Below, piece by piece: positions 1 to 7,668 of a stretch of DNA of 35,320 nt. Within the stretch, counting starts at the first letter, position 1; each line of letters starts with the position of its first letter. The stretch is taken from the sequence record SRR20825010_1489; one strand, 5' to 3'. The notes below the pieces were generated by a model. The model saw only the letters and a list, made by a program, of their open reading frames with translations, was not told the DNA's origin and did no database searches. The position numbers and the translations under genes were made by a program.

Positions 1-64
1 TAGCCCACGGTTTAAACCGTGGGCTATGTTTTTGGACTGCTCGCTCAGAACCGTTTTAACGGTT
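1..64. repeat. REP-like palindrome pair (may continue left of the window)
   Basis: Perfect 26-bp palindrome TAGCCCACGGTTTAAACCGTGGGCTA at 1-26; second hairpin AACCGTT-TT-AACGGTT at 49-64. Confidence 0.7.
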
Positions 65-181
65 TATACTTTTGCAAATGATAGTAGATTATTATTTACA
101 TGCTATTAGGAAGTTTTTATAAATTACATGGGATATATACGTCACATGTTTGGCGCTTACCTAACGTTACCCCCAATTACC

Positions 182-1045
182 ATGAGTTCAAATAGAATAA
201 TTAGAAGATTAACTCTTATTAAATACTTGTTCAACCAAGGTGTCGAACAGTCAATAAAGGCCGAACCAGTTAGAGGCTTTTCTATTCTTCAATTCCATGA
301 CGCTGCTGAAATGCTTTTGAAACTTGCAATTGAACACAAAAACATAAAAAAGAAAGAGAATGGCTTTCGAAGCTATTGGGAACTGTTACCTGAATTAACT
401 CACAAGGAATCTATCATGGATTTAAATTCGCGAAGAAATTCACTAAAGCATGAAGGGCATATTCCTGGGAAAGAGGACATTCTGTATTGCAAAATGATAT
501 GCGAAGAATTTCTAAAGCAAAGTACTAAGAACATTTTTGGTATAGCATTTTCTGAAATAAGCCTTGCCAACCTCATTTCGTACAATGGTACAAGAGAATA
601 TCTCGTTGCTGCAGAAAAATTCTTGACTGATAAAAACTATATCGGCTCAATAGAACAATCTAAAAAAGCTTTCGAAGAGTTGTTGTTTGAGTATAAGTCA
701 ACCAAACTTATTTTTGGTCAAAATGCATTTGACATCTCAACAAGGCCAAGAACTTCTTCAATTGGAAGAGTTTCATCAACAGATATGTCAGTAAGGGATA
801 TTATATCTGTCACACAGATTTTAGCTTTGGGAATTGACTTTAAACAGTATTCTAAATTCATGACACTTACTCCTAAGACATATCGAGAAGCATCAACTGG
901 TCATGTGCGAATTCAGAAAAAGATAGATCCGAAATTCAATTCAGAATCGAATGCTCAATTTTGTTTGAGCTTTGTTGTTGGCACAAGTTTAAATCTCCAA
1001 GACTTTGATTTTGAACTAGATGAATTAATCAACCCTACTGACTAA
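182..1045 (+). CDS. Hypothetical protein with HEPN-like N-terminal region
   Basis: Long AT-rich ORF (track start 128; ATG 182 preferred because it follows the attC-like site). Helical 'FHDAAEMLLK' segment followed by an R-x4-H motif 'RNSLKH' (434-451). The ORF is solid; the HEPN call is motif-level only. Confidence 0.7.
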   Translation: MSSNRIIRRLTLIKYLFNQGVEQSIKAEPVRGFSILQFHDAAEMLLKLAIEHKNIKKKENGFRSYWELLPELTHKESIMDLNSRRNSLKHEGHIPGKEDILYCKMICEEFLKQSTKNIFGIAFSEISLANLISYNGTREYLVAAEKFLTDKNYIGSIEQSKKAFEELLFEYKSTKLIFGQNAFDISTRPRTSSIGRVSSTDMSVRDIISVTQILALGIDFKQYSKFMTLTPKTYREASTGHVRIQKKIDPKFNSESNAQFCLSFVVGTSLNLQDFDFELDELINPTD

Positions 1046-1053
1046 TAAAAAGA

Positions 1054-1197
1054 GGATAACAAGGTCTGATATTCCATATCGGTTCAGTAGTCCCAGAGGC
1101 TTTTCTGCTTTCTGCCCACTGCGATAACCGGTACTGGCATTGGCTGGGCTTTTAGCAGCACAAGGAGTTGGAATTTCAAAAGGTATAATTATTAGCC
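1054..1197 (+). other. Degenerate attC-like element
   Basis: GGATAAC just after the stop; TGATATTCC (1067-1075) pairs imperfectly with GGAATTTCA (1170-1178); ends in ATTAGCC (1191-1197), one mismatch from GTTAGCC; more GC-rich than the flanking ORFs. Confidence 0.35.
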
Positions 1198-1223
1198 TTT
1201 AAAGGCTATAAAACACAAACAGA

Positions 1224-1481
1224 ATGAAAGAGATATTTGTAGAAAATGGAATTGTAGATAATGGAATTGAACAACACAAAATTCAATACGTTTATTCTCC
1301 GCCATATATATTGAATTGCGTAACAAGAGTATTGCTTGATGTATCGGATGAAGTAAAAAAGGAGATTAACGACAAAAACTTAACTGTTTTTATAAAAACA
1401 GAATCAGACTATGTAAATATAAAATCCACAACGATAATTAATGCCGATAATGAACTTCTGTTCAAGTTTTTCAGAATTTAA
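1224..1481 (+). CDS. Small hypothetical protein (85 aa)
   Basis: ATG with A-rich upstream context typical of Bacteroidota; AT-rich; no recognisable motif. Confidence 0.5.
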   Translation: MKEIFVENGIVDNGIEQHKIQYVYSPPYILNCVTRVLLDVSDEVKKEINDKNLTVFIKTESDYVNIKSTTIINADNELLFKFFRI

Positions 1482-1547
1482 TTAACCCACTGGCTCTCAC
1501 TTTCAAAGAGTCGTAGCGAGACGCCACAACCAGTGAGCGGAGATGGC

Positions 1548-1817
1548 TTATCGCTTTATTTCAAAGCCCTCAAATCCACTCGCTTCAATATTTTCTACAA
1601 ATACCTTTTCAACACTGGTATTGGATGGCCCATCATGGCACCATTTCACCAAAGCATTTAAGTTTTCATCGGAACCCTCAGCAATAATTAAAACAGATCC
1701 GTCTGGTTCATTCTTACACCAACCTTTAATACCAAGCCGCCTTGCTTGTTCTTGAGTTGACGCTCGAAAATAGACGCCTTGCACTTTACCTGTTACCTTA
1801 ATTCTTTTGGCTTGCAT
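1548..1817 (-). CDS. acyP: Acylphosphatase
   Basis: 'VTGKVQGVYFR' and 'GWCKNEPDGSV' signatures; start trimmed to MQAKR (ATG 1817), overlapping the deoC stop. Confidence 0.93.
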   Translation of the reverse strand: MQAKRIKVTGKVQGVYFRASTQEQARRLGIKGWCKNEPDGSVLIIAEGSDENLNALVKWCHDGPSNTSVEKVFVENIEASGFEGFEIKR

Positions 1818-2463
1818 AGTATTCTTCCATAATGGAAACTGCGGAGGAAACCCCCAGTCTATCAGCTCCGGCATTGATGAGGGCTTGAGCGTCCGCCAAG
1901 GTTTTAATGCCGCCAGAAGCTTTTAAGCCCACGTTTGAGGGTAAATTTTTACGCATCAGTTCAATGTGTTCTACTGTTGCGCCTGCACCAGAAAAGCCCG
2001 TAGAGGTTTTTACAAAGTCAGTTCCAGCATCGGCACAAAGTTTAGAGGCCAATACAATTTCCTCATCGGTCAAGTAAGACGTTTCAATGATCACCTTCAT
2101 TAGGCAATCGGCCTCATGAATAATTTTAGCGCACTTGGCCAGTTCAATTTTCGTCCAAGGCAAACCTGTTTTGAAAGCTGAAATGTTCATTACGATATCC
2201 AACTCATTGGCACCGTTTTCAATCGCCTTTTCAATCTCGGTTACTTTGGCTTCCGTCATTTGGTAACCCAAAGGAAAACCAATCACCGTCACCAACTGAA
2301 TGTCGGCAGTACCAATTTCTCTAGCGGCTTTTTTCACCCAAAACGGAGGAACACAAACCCCAAACAACTGATGCGCTTTGGCTTCCGCCACCAAACGATC
2401 AATATCGTTTGCGGTAATGGTCGGCTTAAGGTTGGTGTGCTCTAGGTAATGATTAATGTCCAT
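1798..2463 (-). CDS. deoC: Deoxyribose-phosphate aldolase
   Basis: 'VIGFPLG', 'KVIIET', 'FVKTSTGF', 'KASGGI', 'RLGVSS' DERA motifs. Confidence 0.96.
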   Translation of the reverse strand: MDINHYLEHTNLKPTITANDIDRLVAEAKAHQLFGVCVPPFWVKKAAREIGTADIQLVTVIGFPLGYQMTEAKVTEIEKAIENGANELDIVMNISAFKTGLPWTKIELAKCAKIIHEADCLMKVIIETSYLTDEEIVLASKLCADAGTDFVKTSTGFSGAGATVEHIELMRKNLPSNVGLKASGGIKTLADAQALINAGADRLGVSSAVSIMEEYYASQKN

Positions 2464-3667
2464 CTACAAAATCTTGGAGGTATGCGTAATCGGGCATCAG
2501 TTTACCGTTTTGGCAAATGGTAGCCCTTCCAATAATTTGATCTTTGTCGTCACCCACAAGGTTGGGCAGAATATGCCTAAGAAATTCCTTCCCGAAATCT
2601 TCAGAGGCATTTCTAGGTAATTCGCAAGGCAAATTATCCACCGCCATCACGGTAATATTTCCCTCATCAGCAAAAGCAGACTCTTCCTTGTTATCGCTTG
2701 GGTTGTAGTCGTAAACAGGGTCAGCAATCGTGCTAGGTCGGATTGTAGAAGGAATCGAACCTTCAATATCACAAGTGATGTCTGCAATTACTCGAATCTT
2801 AAATTCACTTCTGTTGGCATCCTCTTTAGTGAAAAGCGCGGGAGCTTTCGGGTCCCAAAAAGCACCAGCAATTAGTATATCCGCCTTTCTAGCATATTGC
2901 CCAAAACTCGACTCGTAATTCGCTGGATTCTGATAAAATTCATCTCGGCTAAAAGAACCGCCATCGATGCGTTGGTTGTAATCTCTGGTATTGAGTTGGG
3001 TATATACAGGCTCGTTGAAATATTCGGTCAAAAACTCCACAGGGCTTACTTTTCTTATTTTCATTCCAGTAAGTACTTCCATCGCTCCCTTAGAAACACG
3101 ACCACCACCGGTAAGCGCAATTTTAATGGCTGGCAATTTCACCTTGGCATATTCCTTCTGCATGTCTTCCATATCGAAGCATTCGTTGGCAGGCCGTAAA
3201 TGAAAAAGGTTATAGCGTTTTCCGAAAGTCAGAATTCCATTATAGGCGCCAACAATTCCCGCATAGCGGCCAAAAGCGATTAACCTTTGATGTTGCAAAT
3301 TGGTCAGGCATTCCCAGTCAATCAGTCTGATTTGCTTTTGAAGAATGGTTTGAAGCAAGCCCCTATTGTACTCTTGCTTCTTCATGGTATGCGAGAAAAA
3401 GAAATGGGTTTTTCCATCGGCAAGCATTTCAACCGGAACTTCCTTTACGCCCAAAATAATATCGCAATCAGATACATCATCCACCAAAATAGCTCCCGCC
3501 TGCTGATATTCTGAATCTTCGAAACAACGAATATCGCTTCGCTGACAATGTACAGTCACATTATCATAAGTATTCAATAGCGTTTCAACTTGAGTTGGAG
3601 TAACCGGTACGCGCCTGTCTACTGGCACTTTACCTTCTTTTATGATTCCGATTTTCAATTCTTGCAT
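2453..3667 (-). CDS. NAD(P)-dependent oxidoreductase, AlaDh/PNT family, saccharopine dehydrogenase / lysine-ketoglutarate reductase-like
   Basis: 'DRRVPVTP', 'ILGVKEVP', 'FFSHT', 'IAFGRYAG', 'ADITCD', 'MAVDNLPCELP'; start set at ATG 3667 (track start 3673 is a TTG inside the promoter box). Confidence 0.85.
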   Translation of the reverse strand: MQELKIGIIKEGKVPVDRRVPVTPTQVETLLNTYDNVTVHCQRSDIRCFEDSEYQQAGAILVDDVSDCDIILGVKEVPVEMLADGKTHFFFSHTMKKQEYNRGLLQTILQKQIRLIDWECLTNLQHQRLIAFGRYAGIVGAYNGILTFGKRYNLFHLRPANECFDMEDMQKEYAKVKLPAIKIALTGGGRVSKGAMEVLTGMKIRKVSPVEFLTEYFNEPVYTQLNTRDYNQRIDGGSFSRDEFYQNPANYESSFGQYARKADILIAGAFWDPKAPALFTKEDANRSEFKIRVIADITCDIEGSIPSTIRPSTIADPVYDYNPSDNKEESAFADEGNITVMAVDNLPCELPRNASEDFGKEFLRHILPNLVGDDKDQIIGRATICQNGKLMPDYAYLQDFVDGH

Positions 3668-3670
3668 GCC

Positions 3671-3678
3671 CAAAGTTA
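3671..3678 (-). promoter_or_regulatory. Bacteroidota sigma-70 -7 element
   Basis: TAACTTTG, exact TAnnTTTG match, 3 nt before ATG 3667. Confidence 0.65.
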
Positions 3679-3749
3679 ATGATTAGTTGAAAGCTTCGAA
3701 ACTGGATTTGCCGGACTTATTTTGTCCAGAATCGCTGAAGGCAAAAGAC

Positions 3750-5627
3750 TTACTTGATGTCTAGAATAGAGATTTCTATTCTGCGGTTTTTGGGAGAAAT
3801 TCCGGCTTCAATGGGTTTACTTTCACCGTAACCTTTATAAACAAACGCTCCTATTGGTAATCCTTTATTTATAAAGTAGTTAAGCACTGATTTTGCCCTT
3901 TCGGTAGATAAATTCATGTTATAGCCTTCCTCACCTGAGGTGTCTGTATGCCCCCCAATTTCTACAATGATTTCAGGGTTATCCCTGATGAAGTCTACTA
4001 CGATATCCAGTTCCTTGGTGGCCTTCGTGCTGAGTTCAGCGCTGTTCAGTTCGAACAAAATATCGTTTAGAATTACCTTCTCCCCTTTTCTCATAGGTCG
4101 AAGATAAATGGCGGCTTCATTTCCACTTTTCCATAGCGCATCCACTTCTTCTTTATAAAGCAGATAACCCCTCTTTTTCACATACAGATTGGCATCTTCC
4201 ACTTGCGGCAAAACCAGATTAAATCGGCCACTTTCAAAGTCGGAATAGGTGCGTGATCGAATGGAATCTTTGGCGATATCAGCCACATAGATTTCAGAGA
4301 AAAGAGGAGTGCTATCAGCAGCGCTGAGCACTAAACCTCGTTTGTAATCCACCAGTTGTTTGGGGATTAAATCGTCTGGCAGTTTGAACCGATATAAGCT
4401 CGAAGAACCATCAAAAAGGTTGTCGCTGTAATAGGCCCAGCCATCAATGCTGATGGTATAGCCCACTTGATTTCTGTGATTATTGATGGGAAAACCCAAA
4501 TTCTCTGGCTCCGACCATTCTCCCTGTCCAAGCTGTTCTGTTCCGTATAAATCATAGCCACCAAAGCCCAATCTGCCGCGTGAAGCAAAGAATAAATTGA
4601 CCCCATTGGGATGAATATACGGAGAGCAATCATCGAAACGAGTGTTGATGCTTGGCCCTAAGTTCACGGCTTCCATCCATTTCCCATTCTGTTTGGTCGA
4701 CTTCCAAATGTCTTGCCCGCCTTCGCCTTTCGGTCGGGCACTGACAAAGTAGAGTTCACGCCCATCTTGAGAAAGCGAAGGTTGTGATTCCCAATGAAGT
4801 GTATTCACCGTCTCCCCTAAATTTCTCGGCTTCGACCAATCATTCCCTTCTCTATAACTGATGTACAAATCGCAGCTTCCAAGGCCGTCTGGCGCATTGC
4901 AAGCGGTGTAGACCAAAGTATTTCCGTCAGCAGAAATGGAGGCAGTTCCTTCATTTCTTTCAGTATTAATTTTCTTTGAAATTTCCAGCGGTGGGCTCCA
5001 TGCCTCGCCATCCTTCTGGCTAAAGAAAAGGTTTTCATCGCCCCTGCCGTAATTATCGCGAACGGTATAGACCAAAAGACCAGCAGCCGTAATGGAAGGG
5101 AAATACTGTTGCGGCCGATTATTAATTGGGGCAGGAAGTTCTTCAAAATCAATGTTTCGGGGATTGGAACTTCCTTGAAGAGCATAATCAATGGAGGAAG
5201 TAACGATTTCAAAAAGTGCATCATCTAAGCCCTCCACTCTGCCCTCAATCTGATCTTTAAGGCCTTTGGCTTGTTCATATTTTCCTTCAGAAAACAAGGC
5301 ATAAGCAGCATCGGCCAGCATTCTATTTTTGAATTGTTGATCAACCTCTTCCACATATTCATCATAAAGTTGAAGCGCTTTTTCAAGCTCTCCCCTCTTG
5401 ATCAAGATCTGATGTGTCAGCAAAACGGCTTCATCAAAGCTATCATCACGCTTTAAAGCATCGAGTAAAAGGTTATAAGACTTGTAGTAATTGCCAACGT
5501 GATCGAGCGATTGCGCCTCTTTGTAAAGCTCAATGGCTTTCTTATTTCGGGTATGAAGTTTATCCTCCTCTTGGCCGTTGGCCAGAAGAATACAAAAGAG
5601 TAGGGATATGATAATGAAAAACCTCAA
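3750..5627 (-). CDS. OmpA-family protein with TPR, PD40 repeats and C-terminal OmpA domain (PorE-like architecture)
   Basis: Signal peptide; TPR-like helices; repeated 'NLGxxVNT..ESQPSLS.DG..LYFVS' PD40 units; 'EIGGHTD..G...NMNLSTERAKSV...NRRIEI'. Confidence 0.9.
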   Translation of the reverse strand: MRFFIIISLLFCILLANGQEEDKLHTRNKKAIELYKEAQSLDHVGNYYKSYNLLLDALKRDDSFDEAVLLTHQILIKRGELEKALQLYDEYVEEVDQQFKNRMLADAAYALFSEGKYEQAKGLKDQIEGRVEGLDDALFEIVTSSIDYALQGSSNPRNIDFEELPAPINNRPQQYFPSITAAGLLVYTVRDNYGRGDENLFFSQKDGEAWSPPLEISKKINTERNEGTASISADGNTLVYTACNAPDGLGSCDLYISYREGNDWSKPRNLGETVNTLHWESQPSLSQDGRELYFVSARPKGEGGQDIWKSTKQNGKWMEAVNLGPSINTRFDDCSPYIHPNGVNLFFASRGRLGFGGYDLYGTEQLGQGEWSEPENLGFPINNHRNQVGYTISIDGWAYYSDNLFDGSSSLYRFKLPDDLIPKQLVDYKRGLVLSAADSTPLFSEIYVADIAKDSIRSRTYSDFESGRFNLVLPQVEDANLYVKKRGYLLYKEEVDALWKSGNEAAIYLRPMRKGEKVILNDILFELNSAELSTKATKELDIVVDFIRDNPEIIVEIGGHTDTSGEEGYNMNLSTERAKSVLNYFINKGLPIGAFVYKGYGESKPIEAGISPKNRRIEISILDIK

Positions 5628-5636
5628 ATAGCTAAA

Positions 5637-6254
5637 CTACGGTATATTCATAAACTTATGAGTCTGTAAAGATATTTTCCACTTGGGGTTATTTTTTACA
5701 TACTCAATAATTTCAGGCAACATTTTCTCCGACTGATCCCATTCTGGCTGCATGTACAATAAACAGTCCTTGTTCATTTTCGCAGCGTGGCCTTCCGCCC
5801 ATTTAAAGTCACTTTTATTGTAAATAATGACTTTGAGCTCATCGGCTTCCGCATAAAATTCGTCTTTTGGGGCTTTAAATTTCTTGGGAGAAAAACACAA
5901 CCAATCCCAATGGCCTGAAAGCGGATGTGCACCAGAAGTTTCAATATTCGTTTGAAAACCTGCTGCATGAAGTTGGCTTGTCAACTCCGTCATATCGTAC
6001 ATTAAAGGCTCTCCACCCGTCACCACAGCCAAACGACCAGGATGAGCCGAAGCTTTAGTAACGATTTCCTCCACCGATTCTTTTGGCCATTGGCTGGCGT
6101 CCCAAGAATCTTTCACATCGCACCAAACGCAACCTACATCGCAGCCGCCCAATCGAATAAAATATGCTGAATTTCCGGAGAAATGACCTTCTCCCTGAAT
6201 TGTATAAAAAGCTTCCATGATAGGAAGCTGTATGATTTCCTTTGTTTTTGACAT
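5637..6254 (-). CDS. queE: 7-carboxy-7-deazaguanine synthase (radical SAM)
   Basis: 'FYTIQGEG', CxxxCxxC 'CDVGCVWCD', 'VTGGEP', 'SLQTHK'. Confidence 0.95.
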   Translation of the reverse strand: MSKTKEIIQLPIMEAFYTIQGEGHFSGNSAYFIRLGGCDVGCVWCDVKDSWDASQWPKESVEEIVTKASAHPGRLAVVTGGEPLMYDMTELTSQLHAAGFQTNIETSGAHPLSGHWDWLCFSPKKFKAPKDEFYAEADELKVIIYNKSDFKWAEGHAAKMNKDCLLYMQPEWDQSEKMLPEIIEYVKNNPKWKISLQTHKFMNIP

Positions 6255-6298
6255 TCCAATTTTTTAAAGCAGGAGTTGAAACTGCAGCCCTGTTTGAC

Positions 6299-6332
6299 GG
6301 ATCCTGATCGCGAACACTCGGGACAGGATGAC
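6299..6332. repeat. REP-like hairpin between folD and queE
   Basis: ATCCTG...CAGGAT stem followed by GAC; minus strand reads GTCATCCTG...CAGGATCC. Confidence 0.5.
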
Positions 6333-6342
6333 TTCGAGGCGG

Positions 6343-7218
6343 TTAAACTAATTTTTGTGAAGTAAGGTAAGTGTTCCAAAGCAATGACGCGATCGTCATT
6401 GGTCCAACGCCACCTGGCACAGGCGTAATGAACTCACACTTTGGTGCTACTTCATCAAACTTTACATCGCCCTTTAATTTAAAGCCCGATTTGGTTTGGT
6501 TGGATGGCACTCTATGAATTCCTACATCGATTACGGTTGCTCCTTCTTTTACCATATCACCAGAAACAAAACCTTCCTTACCGATCGCAACGATCAGAAT
6601 ATCGGCTTGCTTAGTGATTTCAGCCAAGTTTTTTGTTCGGCTGTGGCAAAGGGTTACTGTCGCATTACCTGGGTTGCCGTTTCTAGACATCAATACACTG
6701 ATTGGCGTTCCCACCGTATTGCTTCGACCAATCACCACACAATGTTTTCCTGAGGTTTCAATACCGTTGCGCTCTAGCAAAAGCATCATTCCTTTTGGCG
6801 TGGCGGGTAGAAGTGTTGGTATACCCAAAAGCATTTTACCCAAGTTCACTGGATGGAATCCGTCCACATCTTTATTGTGAAGAATGGCCTCCACTACTTT
6901 TTGCTCGTCAATTTGTTTTGGAAGCGGCACTTGAACGATAAAGCCATCAATTTCAGGATCATCATTCAATTTTTGAACAGTAGCCAAAACCTCAGCTTCA
7001 GAAGTCTCTTCAGAGAGGTGAATCAAAGTAGAGCCAAAGCCGATTTGCTCGCAGGCTTTTACTTTGGCGTTTACGTAAGTTTGGCTTGCGCCATCATTAC
7101 CCACCAAAACAGCAGCCAAATGAGGGACTTTACCTCCTTCAGCCTTTATCTGTGCTACTTTTTCTTTCAACTCATCTTTTATGGATTGAGCTGTACCTTT
7201 TCCGTCCAATAATTGCAT
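6343..7218 (-). CDS. folD: Bifunctional methylenetetrahydrofolate dehydrogenase/cyclohydrolase
   Basis: '[10 protein letters not shown]', 'GRSNTVGTP', 'VIDVGI', '[12 protein letters not shown]'. Confidence 0.97.
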   Translation of the reverse strand: MQLLDGKGTAQSIKDELKEKVAQIKAEGGKVPHLAAVLVGNDGASQTYVNAKVKACEQIGFGSTLIHLSEETSEAEVLATVQKLNDDPEIDGFIVQVPLPKQIDEQKVVEAILHNKDVDGFHPVNLGKMLLGIPTLLPATPKGMMLLLERNGIETSGKHCVVIGRSNTVGTPISVLMSRNGNPGNATVTLCHSRTKNLAEITKQADILIVAIGKEGFVSGDMVKEGATVIDVGIHRVPSNQTKSGFKLKGDVKFDEVAPKCEFITPVPGGVGPMTIASLLWNTYLTSQKLV

Positions 7219-7251
7219 CTGGTAAATGGTTTTTTGTGCTCAGTGCACGGT
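7216..7251. repeat. 7-bp-period degenerate repeats downstream of the four-helix-bundle gene
   Basis: Minus strand CCGTGCA CTGAGCA CAAAAAA CCATTTA CCAGATG; 7236-7251 is an imperfect inverted repeat of 7619-7634. Confidence 0.6.
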
Positions 7252-7617
7252 TTACTTCTTCAAATAATTAATGTAGCCTTGTATAAGCTTCTTACAACTT
7301 GTGATTTGAGTTATCAATGTATCCAAATCTTGTTGAACAATATAATTTTGATCTAGTGCCAGAAACAATTGCGTTTCTATCTCATATAATGAGCCACGAG
7401 AAATATACATATATTGAATTCGCTCGGTTGTATGTTGCCTTCCGATCCCTTCGGCAATATTAGAAGGAACTGATATTGCTGCTCTTCTTATTTGCGAAGT
7501 CAGTGCATACTTTTCTTCATCAGGAAATAGCCTAGACAAATCATAGATAACAGAAACAAGCTTTCGAGCTTCTTTCCAAACATCTAAATCATAATATTGT
7601 CTGTTCTCATTCCCCAT
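7252..7617 (-). CDS. Four helix bundle protein (23S rRNA IVS protein / bAvd-like family)
   Basis: 'LDVWKEA', 'FPDEEKYALTSQIRRAAISVPSNIAEG', 'SRGSLYEIETQL'. Confidence 0.95.
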   Translation of the reverse strand: MGNENRQYYDLDVWKEARKLVSVIYDLSRLFPDEEKYALTSQIRRAAISVPSNIAEGIGRQHTTERIQYMYISRGSLYEIETQLFLALDQNYIVQQDLDTLITQITSCKKLIQGYINYLKK

Positions 7618-7618
7618 A

Positions 7619-7668
7619 ACTGAGCACCGAGCACTATCAACTAAGCACTATTAATTTAAGCACTATCA
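7619..7668. repeat. Heptamer tandem repeats upstream of the four-helix-bundle gene
   Basis: ACTGAGC ACCGAGC ACTATCA ACTAAGC ACTATTA ATTTAAGC ACTATCA; the last unit contains the lepA stop. Confidence 0.8.

Noticed and set aside
67-122. TACTTTTG-CAA-ATG followed by a 14-codon ORF
   Set aside because: Too short to support; could be chance in AT-rich DNA, although the box may be the promoter of the downstream gene.
7252-7617. Diversity-generating retroelement or rRNA IVS because of the Avd-like gene
   Set aside because: No reverse transcriptase, no TR/VR pair and no rRNA sequence in the window.
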